A stretch of DNA of 64,000 bases from an uncultured Luminiphilus sp. (lineage in GTDB: Bacteria > Pseudomonadota > Gammaproteobacteria > Pseudomonadales > Halieaceae), in NCBI GenBank assembly GCA_905182485.1, contig CAJJBO010000007.1:63097-127096 (forward strand), given 5' to 3'. The position numbers and the translations under genes were made by a program. Positions 1-10,638 of the stretch are shown here, piece after piece. Each line of letters opens with the position of its first letter. The stretch's first letter is position 1. The notes beneath the pieces are model-generated. The model was given only the letters and a program-made list of their open reading frames with translations, made no database searches and had not been told where the DNA came from.

Positions 1-71
1 CAGCTTTGCCATTGCCGCACCTGATGGCGGCAGGCTCGATGTGTATCAACCAACCATATGAGGTCGCTACG

Positions 72-971
72 ATGTTGAAGTCCATTTTGATGGTTTGGGT
101 GCTTGTCCAAAATGTGCCCGCCACCCAAGAAGCGTATGAAGCGTACCTGGGTTACCAGATCGCGGATCGTGGGGTGATATCCGCTGAGCTTGCGGAGGCC
201 ATTAAACGGCCGAGATTGGCAAACCGCTCCTATGTCACGTTGGTACCTAAGTCGGGCCCACAGGTTGGGATTCGTATCATTGAAGGAGCCGATCAAGGGT
301 ATCAACCCATGCGCCGCTTGGGGTGGAGTGCCATTGAGCTATTGGTGAAGGACCCGGAGCAGCTCAGAAGTAATTTGTCTGGGTCTGCATTTACGCATTT
401 GCAGGGCCCTGATTTTCTCACCGAGCAGAAAAACATTCTCGCCATGCAGGTTTATGGTCCCAGCCAGGAGCTTTTTTATCTCACTCATATGATCGACCCG
501 GCTTTGTCATTTTTAGCACCTCAACCGAGCCCTGAACCCGTCGGTCATAGTTTTATCATGGTGATGGGCAGTCACGATATTGAAGCCAGTGTCGCGTTTT
601 TCAAGCAACACTTTGATAATCCGGTGGTGGGTCCGATTCCCTATCGTATCGGCGTGTTATCAGATGCTTACGGGGTATCGAATACAGCCGAACACCCGTT
701 GGCGTTGATATCCATGTCTGATGGTTACGGTATTGAAATTGATCAATATCCCGCAGCGGCAACGCCGGTGCCAGCGCCACTGGGTGCCCGAGGCGGTGTG
801 ATATTGGTGAGTTTGAGCGTGGATCCGGAAGGAATCACACAAGCATTACCCTGGACCCTGTCCTATCAGGATGCGGATGACTCCTCGCGTGGGGGTATTG
901 TGACCCTGCCGTCCGGGACACCATTAGAGCTTTTATGGAGCCAACCTGTATTGCCTCACTTGGGCAAGTAG
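72..971 (+). CDS. VOC/glyoxalase-superfamily protein (two-domain)
   Basis: ORF 6..971; probable ATG at 72. VOC-like segments GWSAIELLVKD and FIMVMGSHDIEASVAFF, plus GYGIEIDQYP. Confidence 0.6.
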   Translation: MLKSILMVWVLVQNVPATQEAYEAYLGYQIADRGVISAELAEAIKRPRLANRSYVTLVPKSGPQVGIRIIEGADQGYQPMRRLGWSAIELLVKDPEQLRSNLSGSAFTHLQGPDFLTEQKNILAMQVYGPSQELFYLTHMIDPALSFLAPQPSPEPVGHSFIMVMGSHDIEASVAFFKQHFDNPVVGPIPYRIGVLSDAYGVSNTAEHPLALISMSDGYGIEIDQYPAAATPVPAPLGARGGVILVSLSVDPEGITQALPWTLSYQDADDSSRGGIVTLPSGTPLELLWSQPVLPHLGK

Positions 972-1045
972 GTCTATGTTGTCTGGATATGAGTGCTGGT
1001 CAGTAAAGCACAGCACGCTGTTTTCGGGAGATTGATCAGTTTATC

Positions 1046-2452
1046 GTGGCAATGACCCTGTTTGACAAGCTCTGGGAAGAGCACGAGGTGGAAGCGCTTT
1101 CTGAGCGCCAGTCCCTTCTGTACGTCGATCGCATTTTCCTTCATGAGCGAACGGGTAGTGTGGCACTGAATAGTTTGCTCGAGCACGGCCGTTCTGTGCG
1201 GCAGCGGCAACATGCTTTTTGCACGATGGACCATATTGTCGATACGCGACCCGGACGGAGCGATGACACATTGATGCCCAGTGGTCGCGATTTTATTGTC
1301 GCCACCCGAAGCGCCGCGCATCAGACAGGCATTCAGTTATTCGACATTCAGGATCCCAATCAAGGCATCGTCCATGTGATCTCTCCAGAGTTAGGTATTG
1401 CCCTACCCGGCTTGTCAGTAATTTGCCCTGATAGTCATACCTGCACTTTGGGGGGCTCGGCGTGTTGGCCTGGGGGGTGGGGTCAACCGAGGCAGAGCAT
1501 GCCCTTGCAACGAGCACGCTTCGGGTCACTCGACCGCAAACGATGCGTGTTCAGTTTGTGGGTCGCATGGCTAAGCATGTCACCGCCAAAGATCTCATTC
1601 TCTATACGATCCGATCGTTATCTGCGTCGGGGGGTGCGGGCTACGCCATTGAGTTTGCAGGTCCTGCTATTGAAGCGCTGCCAGTTGAGTCACGACTCAC
1701 CCTCTGCAATATGGCGACAGAACTCTCTGCGTTTACGGGGTTGATTGCTCCTGATGAGCAGGTCATCGATTATTGCGAGGGGCGTCCGTTTGCACCCCAA
1801 GGCGCAGCGTGGGAGGCGGCTAGCCGTCATTGGCAGACCTTGCAAAGTGATACGGATGCCCGATTCGATTGTGAGCATCAAATTGATATTGAGTCCCTGA
1901 AACCGCAACTCACTTGGGGCACTAGCCCGCAGCACTGTATCGACTGGGATGGTGAAATCCCCCGTGCCGGAGAGGCACCGGACGAGGCAACGGCGGTCAT
2001 CTTGGCAGCAGGCACAGGCGTATATGGGCGTGGCGGCGGGACACCGTCTATCGGACTATCCGCTCGATGCCGCTTTTATTGGTTCTTGCACGAATAGCCG
2101 CCTGTCAGATTTACGCGAGGTAGCCGACTATTTAAAGAAGACGGGACATCATGTGGCACAAGGCGTGAAGGCGCTTTGCGTGCCTGGCAGCGGTGGCGTC
2201 AAGCGAGCCGCGGAAGCGGAAGGGATTGATGCTATTTTTCGTCAAGCTGGATTTGAGTGGCGAGAGCCCGGTTGCTCGATGTGTTTCTTTGCCGGGGGGG
2301 AGAGCCTTGGCGAGGGTGTGCGGGTTGCTTCGACCACCAATCGTAATTTTGAGGGGCGTCAGGGTTTGGGTGTCAGAACGCATCTTGGCAGTCCACTGAG
2401 CGTCGTAGCGAGCGCCTGTGCCGGGCATTTGTTAGCCGATATGAGCCCATGA
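1046..2452 (+). CDS. leuC: 3-isopropylmalate dehydratase large subunit-like (aconitase family), split by two frameshifts
   Basis: Three overlapping ORFs (1046-1744, 1462-2097, 1949-2452) join into LeuC: [60 protein letters not shown]. Shifts at the G-run ~1450 and at ~1990. Confidence 0.9.
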
Positions 2453-3126
2453 CACCTTTCACGTTGCATCACGGTATAGCCGCACCGCTTCTCCGGGATA
2501 ATATCGATACCGACACGATTATCCCGTCACGAGAGATGCGGACGGTGTCGCGCTTTGGCCTTGCCGATGGGTTGTTTGCGCCATGGCGTTATAGCGACGC
2601 GGATGCGAGGGTGGCTAATCCCGATTTCGTGCTCAATCAGGCGAGCTATGAGGGCGCTTCCATTTTACTGACCGGTCTTAATTTTGGCTGTGGGTCCTCC
2701 CGAGAACACGCCGTATGGGCCATGATGGAATGGGGCGTTAAGGTCGTGATTGCGCCTTCTTTTGCGACGATCTTCCGTAACAACGCATTGCGCAATGGGC
2801 TGCTGACAATTGAGCTGGAGCGCGATCGAATTCAGTGGCTGGCTCATTGGGTTAGCACTGACCCTCAGGCAAACCAATTAATCGTGGATCTTCAGGCCTG
2901 CTCGATTTTGAGTGAGCCGGGCGGCGAGAAAGACGTCTTTCAGATTGACCCGATGGCGCGCTTAATGTTGATCGAAGGTCTCGACGAGATTGGGCTGACT
3001 GAACAGTCACTGAACCTCATTGAAGATTTTGAGAATCGTGACCAGCTGCGTCGCCCCTGGGCTTACCTCAGTCGACCCGCGCTAAGCGTATTCAGTATGC
3101 CCCGCTCGATCAAGGCGGCAATCTGA
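2449..3126 (+). CDS. leuD: 3-isopropylmalate dehydratase small subunit-like
   Basis: NIDTDTIIP, NFGCGSSREHA, SFATIFRNN, GLDEIGLT; ATGA overlap with leuC. Confidence 0.92.
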   Translation: MTPFTLHHGIAAPLLRDNIDTDTIIPSREMRTVSRFGLADGLFAPWRYSDADARVANPDFVLNQASYEGASILLTGLNFGCGSSREHAVWAMMEWGVKVVIAPSFATIFRNNALRNGLLTIELERDRIQWLAHWVSTDPQANQLIVDLQACSILSEPGGEKDVFQIDPMARLMLIEGLDEIGLTEQSLNLIEDFENRDQLRRPWAYLSRPALSVFSMPRSIKAAI

Positions 3127-4302
3127 TCGACATCAAGCCCCAGCTCTTGCAGCACCTCACCGTTATGTTCGCCGGTCGCCGGGATGTCGCGGTGCAGGGG
3201 AGATTTCGTCTGGCCAAACTCAATCGGCAAGCGCGGTAATTGGGTGGCTGTACCCTGCGCGGATGACCCTCGGTGAGATGAACGGGCACTAAGCCATCCG
3301 ACGCGCTCAGGTGGGGATCGTCAAATAAATCGCCGGGGCGATTGATCGGTGAGAAGGGCAGGCCAGCGCGATCTAGCCGGTCGCTGAGGTCAGCCAAACT
3401 CATTGGCGCAAATAAAGTGCGGATATCAGCCAGTAGCGTGTCTCTCGCTGCCACGCGGCCCGCATTGGTGGCCAGGTCGTTGTCGCTGGCCCAGTCCGTT
3501 AACGCGAACTCAGCACAGAACCGTTGCCACAGCGTATCGCTGACAATACCGACAAAAACCCGCTCGCCTGAATCGAGATCGAAAATATCATAGATCGCCC
3601 ATGCAGACTGGCGCACCGACATCGGCGGCGGTGCTTCGCCGCTCACGGCTTGCTGCGCCATATGCTGGCCAACCAGAAAAGCGGTGGTCTCAAATAGCGC
3701 GCTGGTCACATGGACGCCTCTTCCAGAGGCTTGCCGTTGATGGAGGGCAGAGAGAATCGCGATGACACCGAACATGCCGCCCGTAATATCAATGACAGAC
3801 GAGCCTGCCCGCATCGGTCGATCAGGAAGACCCGTCATCTAGGCCTGCCCCCCCATCATTCGCGTCTCCTGCATCGAGGGCCACGCGGTGCTCGTACGGG
3901 ACCAGAGAGGAAGCCTTTGAGTGAGCAATAGATGAGCTCAGGGTGGCTGGGCTTCGAGGGTGTCGTAGTCCAATCCCAGATGGCCATGGTGCCCGGCCGA
4001 AAGTTTTCCAGCACAATGTCCGCCGAATGAATAAGGTCAAGTGCCACTTTGCGGCCTTCCGGATGCTTGAGATCGAGAGCGATAGAGCGCTTGTTGCGGT
4101 TATACATGGGGAAATAACCTGCTCCAGAGCCTTGCAAACGGCGCGTGTTGTCGCCGTTCAGCGGTTCGACTTTAATGACATCTGCACCTAAGTCTCCCAG
4201 AATCAAACCCGCGGTGGGTCCCATCACCATATGGGTGAATTCGATGACTTTGATACCTTTTAGTGGAGCGCACTGTGCATGCGTCTCCTCGACCCCCGTC
4301 AT
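3063..4302 (-). CDS. CaiB/BaiF class III CoA transferase, frameshifted
   Basis: PLKGIKVIEF, LGDLGADVIKVEP, NRNKRSIALDLK, ENFRPG. Fragments 3856-4302 and 3110-3838; the C-terminus (LPRLPIEF...GEHNGEVLQELG...AGRLR*) lies in another frame ending at TAA 3063. Confidence 0.85.
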
Positions 4303-4330
4303 TACTGCATCTCCGGATGATTTGTTATGA

Positions 4331-4340
4331 TGTTATATCA
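4331..4340. promoter_or_regulatory. Near-palindromic TGTTATATCA box in a divergent promoter (candidate GntR-type operator)
   Basis: TGTTATATCA lies between the divergent CoA transferase and oxidoreductase; variants occur at 22886 and 31114. Confidence 0.4.
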
Positions 4341-4378
4341 TTAAGCTGTTTTAGCTGCCAAGGTGCTTAGGTGACCAG

Positions 4379-5401
4379 ATGACAGAAAATCGAGACAATC
4401 GAGTGTGTCATATCTAGCGCAACGCCCTGATGGGGTGCCTAATCCGGATGACTTTGCCTTCGAAGTCCGCCCACTCGGACCACGTGCAGCGGGAATGATT
4501 CGCTGTCAAACCCTGTTTCTTTCACTCGATCCTTATATCCGCTCGGTCATTGCCGGCAATCATCTGGGCCATGGCATTGATACCGGCGATATCGTGCCGG
4601 GCGAGGTGGTGGCCAGAATTATCGAGAGCGATGATCAGAAATGGCCAGTGGGGATGCTGGTGCGTTGCCATAGTGGTTGGCAACAGTTCTGCGATCAGCC
4701 GGCGGAGGGCTTGTCACAGGTACCCCTAGCGCTGAGCCGCCCGTCACCGACCTATGTTCGCTCAGGTTTTAGAGGCAGTCCGCGCTTTGGAGGAGGGCGT
4801 TTTACTAGATGTCCGCGAGGGCGATGTGGTGCGCTCATTCCTGCTGCGGCTAGGTGGCTGTGGGCGCCTTGGTCAGGCGCACCGTTAGCTCGGCGTGCGG
4901 GGGCGACAACGATTGCTGATCACAAGCGGAGCCGACAAGCGTCGGATCGCCCTCGAGACATTGGGGTACGACCATTGCATTGACCGCGTCGATCAAGACC
5001 TGGCCGAGGCATTGGCGGACGTCGCGCCACACGGTGTCTCCGTTTATTTTGATCTGGTGGGTGACCCGACCCTCACGACGGTTGCGCAGCAACTCGCAAT
5101 CGGCGGACGCGTCGTACTCTGTGGGTTGATTAAAGACTATACAACGGCAATCATAACAACGATGGGACCGCAACATCCTGGGCTCTGGATTACCAAGCGT
5201 GCCACTGTCAGTGGATTGGTGGTGTATGACTATGAGCCGCAACGCGCGGCCTTCGAGCAGGAGTTTATCCCCCTGGCCGAGGCGGGTGACTTGGTCGCCA
5301 ATGAAGAAATGCACGAAGGGTTGGCCTCCGCACCCGACGCATTTTGCCGCCTCATGCGAGGAGACAATACCGGCAAAGTGGTTGTTCATGTCGATAGCTG
5401 A
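4379..5401 (+). CDS. NADP-dependent oxidoreductase (MDR, prostaglandin reductase/CurA-like), multiply frameshifted
   Basis: LAQRPDGVPNPDDF, LSLDPYIR, GVSVYFDLVG, GGRVVLCGLI, GDNTGKVVV spread over ORFs 4405-4983 and 4895-5401; ATG at 4379. Confidence 0.82.
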
Positions 5402-5416
5402 GGAAAAAAAGCAGTC

Positions 5417-6357
5417 ATGAATCCCATCACAATCAGCGAAGTGGGCCCGCGAGATGGGCTACAAAGCGTCGAGACCGTCATGTCGACAGTGGATAAGATG
5501 ATCTGGATAGAGGCCGAATACCGAGCGGGCGTTCGGGAGATCGAGGTCGGCTCTTTTGTCTCGCCAACGATCTTGCCGCAGATGGCGGATACCGCGGTTG
5601 TTGTGGGTGGTGCTCGGCGTTTTGAAGACCTTGTTGTGGCGGTATTGGTGCCCAATGTTCGGGGCTGTGAGGCGGCAATCGAGGCGGGAGCGCATAAGAT
5701 TTCTATTCCGCTGTCACTCAGCGAGACGCACAGCCAGAAAAACGTGCGTCAAGAAATTCAGCAAATGTTAAGTGAAATCAGTGCCTGCCAGAAACTGGTC
5801 GATCAACTGCCGCTCGGAGAACGTCCTTATTTTGAAGTGGGATTATCGACCGCGTTTGGCTGCACCATTGAGGGTCTAGTCGAAGAGGGCTTCGTGATTG
5901 AGATGGCGCCCGAGTGCTGGATCTGGGTGTCGCCGAGGTGGGTCTATCGGATACAACCGGCATGGGTAATCCCGCCCATCTTGAACGATTAGTGACGGGT
6001 ATTTGGCAGCGGTGTGGTGAAGCGCGACTCACTGGGGTGCATCTTCACAATACCCGGGGGCAGGGATTGGCGAACGCATTGCGAGCGATTGAGTTGGGCA
6101 TTACCACCCTCGACAGTTCTTTAGGCGGTTTGGGGGGATGCCCCTTTGCGCCGGGCGCGAGCGGCAATATTGTGACGGAAGATCTCGTCTTTATGTTGGA
6201 ATCGATGGGTCATGAGACAGGCATAGATCTGGAAGCGTTACTGGCCGTTCGCCACCAAGTGGCCACATTACTACCTGAGGAAGAGTGGTTTGGTTTTACC
6301 GCCTCTGCAGGGCTACCCGAACATTTTGGCAAGACAGCTTTGGCGGAGGCACCTTAA
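5417..6357 (+). CDS. Hydroxymethylglutaryl-CoA lyase-like (DRE-TIM), one frameshift ~5910
   Basis: EVGPRDGLQ, IEVGSFV, AFGCTIEG, LSDTTG, HLHNTRGQGLAN, GGLGGCPFAPGASGNIVTEDLV. Confidence 0.9.
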
Positions 6358-7806
6358 TGGCTGCGGCAACGTTACTGCCTGTCCGTAATCCTAGGACGGG
6401 CGAGTGTGATTACGACATGCCAATCGTACCGGCAGCCGAGATCGCGCCAATCGTCGAGGCGTTGCGTGTGGCGCAATCCAGCTGGTTTGCACTGGCGTGC
6501 GCCTGCTCGAGCGCAGTGCCTCAACCGCTTTGCCGATGCGGTTATGGCGGAGGTCGAACCCCTCGCCGCAGCGTTAGCGATCGATACCGGTCGGTCTACT
6601 TTTGCACAATTTGAAGCAATCAAATCAGTAGAGCTCATCCGCATGTGGGCTGAGGGGGCCCCGCCAATTATTGACCAACTATCGGGTGATGGACAATCTG
6701 GGCAAGTGCCTGCCGTACACTATCAACACCGATTAATTCCCTATCAAGTTGTCGCAGTAATCAGCCCGTGGAATGTGCCCCTGCTATTGGCGATGATCGA
6801 TAGTCTTGCGGCGTTGTCTGCAGGCTGTTCAGTACTGCTGAAACCCTCAGAGGTGACGCCTCGATTTATCCAGCCGCTGCAGCGCGCACTCGATACGGTG
6901 CCCGAGCTGGCAAGTGTTTTACACATCATCACAGGGGGTCCCGACACCGGTAAAGCGATGATCGATCAGGTTGACGCAGTCTGTTTTACCGGCAGTGTGA
7001 CAACCGGTCGTGATGTCAGTCAGCGAGCGGCGGCCAATTTTATACCGGCGTTTTTAGAACTAGGGGGTAAAGATCCTGCGCTGATCTTGCCAGATGCTGA
7101 TTTGCCGCTTGCTGCTCGCGCGATCGTTCGCAGTGCTATCGGTATGACGGGACAGGCCTGCCAGTCACTAGAGCGCATCTATTGCCATCAGGATGTGGCG
7201 GCGGCGTTTATTGAGGAGGTGGTCGGCCAGTGTCAGGCGTTATCGTTAACCTGCACTGAGGATGGTTCGGGTGACATTGCACCACTCATCTTTGCGAGAC
7301 AAGTTGAAACGATACAGGCGCAAATAGAGGACGCGCTGCAGAAAGGAGCGCGTTGCTTGTTGGGGGGAGAGCCGGTGCACGCCGGAGGGACCTGGTACCC
7401 GCCGACGGTGCTGATCGACGTTGACCACGATATGTTGATCATGCAAGAGGAGACGTTTGGCCCCGTCATTCCTGTTGCAACGTTTGCGGATGTCGAACAG
7501 GCGATTGCACTGGCCAATGATTCGACGTTTGGGCTGTCGGCGGCGGTCTTCTCCGCTGATGTCGCAATGGCCCTAAGCGTCGCGGAACGCTTGCAAGTGG
7601 GGGCGGTCAGTATTAACGACGCTTCTTTGACGGGCATCGTGAACGATGTTGAAAAAAACAGTTTTCGTTACTCGGGAATGGGTGGCTCACGGATGGGGGC
7701 GGCTGGACTGACACGTTTTCTTCGCAAGCGTGCACTGTTGATTCAAACTGCAGAGCCGGCAATGATTCAGCTTTTCTCTGATCAAGCACAGGAGCAGTCA
7801 GTATGA
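6357..7806 (+). CDS. Aldehyde dehydrogenase, one frameshift ~6495
   Basis: ATG 6357 overlaps the upstream TAA; N-terminus VRNPRTG in ORF 6285; ISPWN, KPSE, FTGS, LELGGKD, catalytic GQACQS, EETFGP. Confidence 0.9.
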
Positions 7807-8090
7807 CGATGGTTTGCGTTGATTTAAAAACCGGAGAGGCGGGATACCAGCCGATTCTTGATTTTCTCACCACAATCTTACCGGACACGCGGGCCTTTGA
7901 CGGATGTCAGGATTTGCGTGTGTACTTAGAGGATGGTGGCGCGAAGATACTTTTTATTGAGTATTGGGAGAGTGCCGCACACTATCAGCGCTACCTCAGC
8001 TGGCGCACTGAAACGGGCGTGCTCGATGAACTGGTCGCGATGCTGGCTGAGCCCCCCATCATTCGTATTGCGGAAGATTCGGGTATTTGA
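7803..8090 (+). CDS. Antibiotic biosynthesis monooxygenase (ABM) domain protein
   Basis: 95 aa; DTRAFDGC, IEYWESAAHYQRYLSWR; ATGA overlap with the ALDH. Confidence 0.8.
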   Translation: MTMVCVDLKTGEAGYQPILDFLTTILPDTRAFDGCQDLRVYLEDGGAKILFIEYWESAAHYQRYLSWRTETGVLDELVAMLAEPPIIRIAEDSGI

Positions 8091-8124
8091 GGTGCGGGTT
8101 TGTTTCACCTCGGGCAGCGGGTTG

Positions 8125-8715
8125 ATGCCCACGATATTACTGATCTTGATGGCATTGCTGCTCCCGCTGACGGGATGGTCACAACCGATGACCAGTTGTG
8201 ATTGGGAGGTAGCCCATCCTTCTGATCCCCATCGTGTGGGTCCCGGTGTGTCCTCGTCTGACGTGGACACTGAGCGGGCCATGGCCGCCTGCCGACAGGC
8301 GTTACTGGCCAATGCAGATAACCCTCGATTCCAGTACCAATTGGCCCGTGCGATGGTTTATCACGCCGAGCGTCATCACACTTCTCATGAGGAGGGCATG
8401 CGTTACCTGGCGCAATCGGCGCATGCAGGTTATACGCAGGCCATGTTCGTATACGGATTAATGCTGACCAGCGAAGACCGACCTTGCGAGGCGCCTTACT
8501 GGATGGGACGTGCGGCCGAGGCGGGCCTGAAAGCGGCGCGTATTGGCTATGTAGAGGCTGCAACCAGTGGTCGATGGTCTTCATGCAACGTGCCACTGGA
8601 TGCTCAGAGTATGACCGCTTTCCTTGATGGCGCTGAGGAGCAGGTGTCCGGCTACTATGAGAACCTGCTCTTGGGCACGCTGAGAAGAGCACTGATCGCG
8701 CTGAACCAACAGTAG
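8125..8715 (+). CDS. Secreted Sel1/TPR-like repeat protein
   Basis: Signal peptide MPTILLILMALLLPLTGWS; CDWEVAHPSDP...AMAACRQAL...RFQYQLARA and Sel1-like QSAHAGYTQAMFVYG. Confidence 0.65.
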   Translation: MPTILLILMALLLPLTGWSQPMTSCDWEVAHPSDPHRVGPGVSSSDVDTERAMAACRQALLANADNPRFQYQLARAMVYHAERHHTSHEEGMRYLAQSAHAGYTQAMFVYGLMLTSEDRPCEAPYWMGRAAEAGLKAARIGYVEAATSGRWSSCNVPLDAQSMTAFLDGAEEQVSGYYENLLLGTLRRALIALNQQ

Positions 8716-8865
8716 ATCCGCGATAGGTCATACCGGCGATTGATTTGCCGTCGACGCCAGACTGGAGCGCCGTTTTCTCTCGTCTTTATGGCGACGGCGG
8801 CGGCCCCGTATTGGCTGTTAGGTCTCCCCCTGTCAGCATCGATACCGCTTAGTCACCCGTGTGAA

Positions 8866-10143
8866 TTACGAAACATAGCCGTAGAGTACGCCCGCAATCT
8901 TACGCAGTTGTATCTCCTCGGCACCCTCTGTAATGCGGTAGCGACGGTGATGACGATAAATGTGTTCGAAGGGTTTGTGACGAGAGTAGCCTAGCCCGCC
9001 GTGAAACTGCATGGCCGTATCGGCGGCGTTGCAAACCAGTCGATTCGCCCGGTAATTACACATCGACACTTTGTCAGTCAGCTTCTTCGCCACATCGACT
9101 TTTTTCATTTGGTCCATTTGTGCCGCCGTCTTGTAGATCAACAGCCTCAACATTTCGGCCTCTGTCTGCAGTTCGACCAGTGGAAACTGAATCCCTTGAT
9201 TCACCGCGAGCGGCTTCCCAAACGGTGCTCTTTCCCGTGTATAAGCGAAGGTTTCATTCAAGCAGTATTGCGCCGCACCAAGTGAAGAGGCGGCTTGCCG
9301 GATACGACTTTCATGGACAAAGTGCATCGCCACTTTGAGGCCTTGGTCGGGCTCGCCCAGTACTTCTGAGTCGGCAACAAATACCTCATTGAACGTACAG
9401 TAAGGGTGGTCTGTTGGCATATTAAAGGTCCACAGGTATTCCCCTACTTGAAAGCCTGCTGCATCGGTGGGCACCACGAAGCAGCCAATACCCGAAGCGC
9501 TGCCTTGATGCTCTGAGTGGCGTGCAAACACCAGAACGTGGCTCGCCTTGTGTAAGCCCGTCGTCCACATTTTTTCCCCAGTGATACGCCACCCGCTGAC
9601 ACCATTTTGAACGGATCGCTCAGCACGAGTCTCCATCCACGTGGCATCTGACCCATGAGCGGCTTCTGTGAGACCAAAACACCAGCCCAATGCGCCCGTT
9701 AACATCGGTTCCATCCATCGGGATTGCTGCTCGGGGGTGCCAAAGTCGTGCAGCACCATGGGCGTCATCAAATTACCGACGATCGAGTTCTCGTTTTGTA
9801 AATCGTTATGGAGCCCCAAGCCTTTTTCCGCTAGATGCTCACGGATACGAGCCATGGCCAAGTTGGTACCATTTTGGCCTCCATAAGCCTCCGGTAGGGC
9901 GTAGCGGAAGTGGCCAGCAGCATCTGCACGACGACGCATTTCTGTCAGTAGCGTCTCCCACTCTTCGCTTGGCAAGCCATCTCGATCCCAGTCGGTGCGC
10001 GCGTGTTCGCGGCGGTGATCGAAAAACCGAATATTGTCATCTTGATTTTCTAGCGGTGTAATCTCGCGCTCGATAAAGGCGTCGAGCACTTCTAGGTAAT
10101 GCTCGATCGATTGAGGAATCTCAAATAAAAATTGATGCGTCAT
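8866..10143 (-). CDS. Acyl-CoA dehydrogenase (LvaC/ACAD11-like)
   Basis: CFGLTEAAHGSDA, GEKMWTT, FHGGLGYS, RRYRITEGAEEIQ. Confidence 0.9.
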   Translation of the reverse strand: MTHQFLFEIPQSIEHYLEVLDAFIEREITPLENQDDNIRFFDHRREHARTDWDRDGLPSEEWETLLTEMRRRADAAGHFRYALPEAYGGQNGTNLAMARIREHLAEKGLGLHNDLQNENSIVGNLMTPMVLHDFGTPEQQSRWMEPMLTGALGWCFGLTEAAHGSDATWMETRAERSVQNGVSGWRITGEKMWTTGLHKASHVLVFARHSEHQGSASGIGCFVVPTDAAGFQVGEYLWTFNMPTDHPYCTFNEVFVADSEVLGEPDQGLKVAMHFVHESRIRQAASSLGAAQYCLNETFAYTRERAPFGKPLAVNQGIQFPLVELQTEAEMLRLLIYKTAAQMDQMKKVDVAKKLTDKVSMCNYRANRLVCNAADTAMQFHGGLGYSRHKPFEHIYRHHRRYRITEGAEEIQLRKIAGVLYGYVS

Positions 10144-10200
10144 AGGTGAATGGCCTCCGATTGACGTCGAGCCGTTAGCGGATTTGTCGTGATCACGCCC

Positions 10201-10638
10201 TTACCGCGTGTCTGCTGCTGAATGGGCATCAGTGTCTAAATAGCGCCATTTTTCGGCCGCTGCGGCGCGATTCGCATACCGTGGGTTGTTGATGGCGCTG
10301 AGCAAGAGTTGTCGCTGCTTGAGGTAATCAAGAAACGCTGTGTCCGGCTCAATCGTTCGTTTAGCAATGGCTTGCGATATTTGCGGAACAACGTCTTGAT
10401 CGGGCGCTCCGTCGGGGATCCATTTACTGAACGCGGCGTTATCCAATGCCGACAGCGCTGGGCCTAATGCCTGCTCCCGCTGAACAATGCCGATTACATT
10501 GGCGGCCACTCTGGCGTTGAATTGATTCCTGTCGCTGAGTGCGGGGGTCACTGTCTCTGCGATAAAGCCTTTCACGGCCTGCAATAATTGCTGGGACGTG
10601 ACGCTGGTAGCAGTGGTTGAGTCGTCACGTTCGGTCAC
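10201..10638 (-). CDS. DUF6285-like small helical protein (LvaB-like)
   Basis: LLQAVKGFIAETVTPAL...FNARVAANVIGIVQRE...LSAINNPRY; GTG 10638 overlaps the upstream TGA (alternative ATG 10650). Confidence 0.7.
   Translation of the reverse strand: MTERDDSTTATSVTSQQLLQAVKGFIAETVTPALSDRNQFNARVAANVIGIVQREQALGPALSALDNAAFSKWIPDGAPDQDVVPQISQAIAKRTIEPDTAFLDYLKQRQLLLSAINNPRYANRAAAAEKWRYLDTDAHSAADTR

Noticed and set aside
1046-2452. Programmed ribosomal frameshifting in leuC and other split genes
   Set aside because: The shifts are numerous, go in both directions and lack slippery-site/stimulator structure; sequencing indels are more parsimonious.
7803-8090. IsdG-type heme oxygenase
   Set aside because: It has the ABM fold, but IsdG's Asn and C-terminal heme-ligand His pattern is not evident; it looks like a generic ABM protein.
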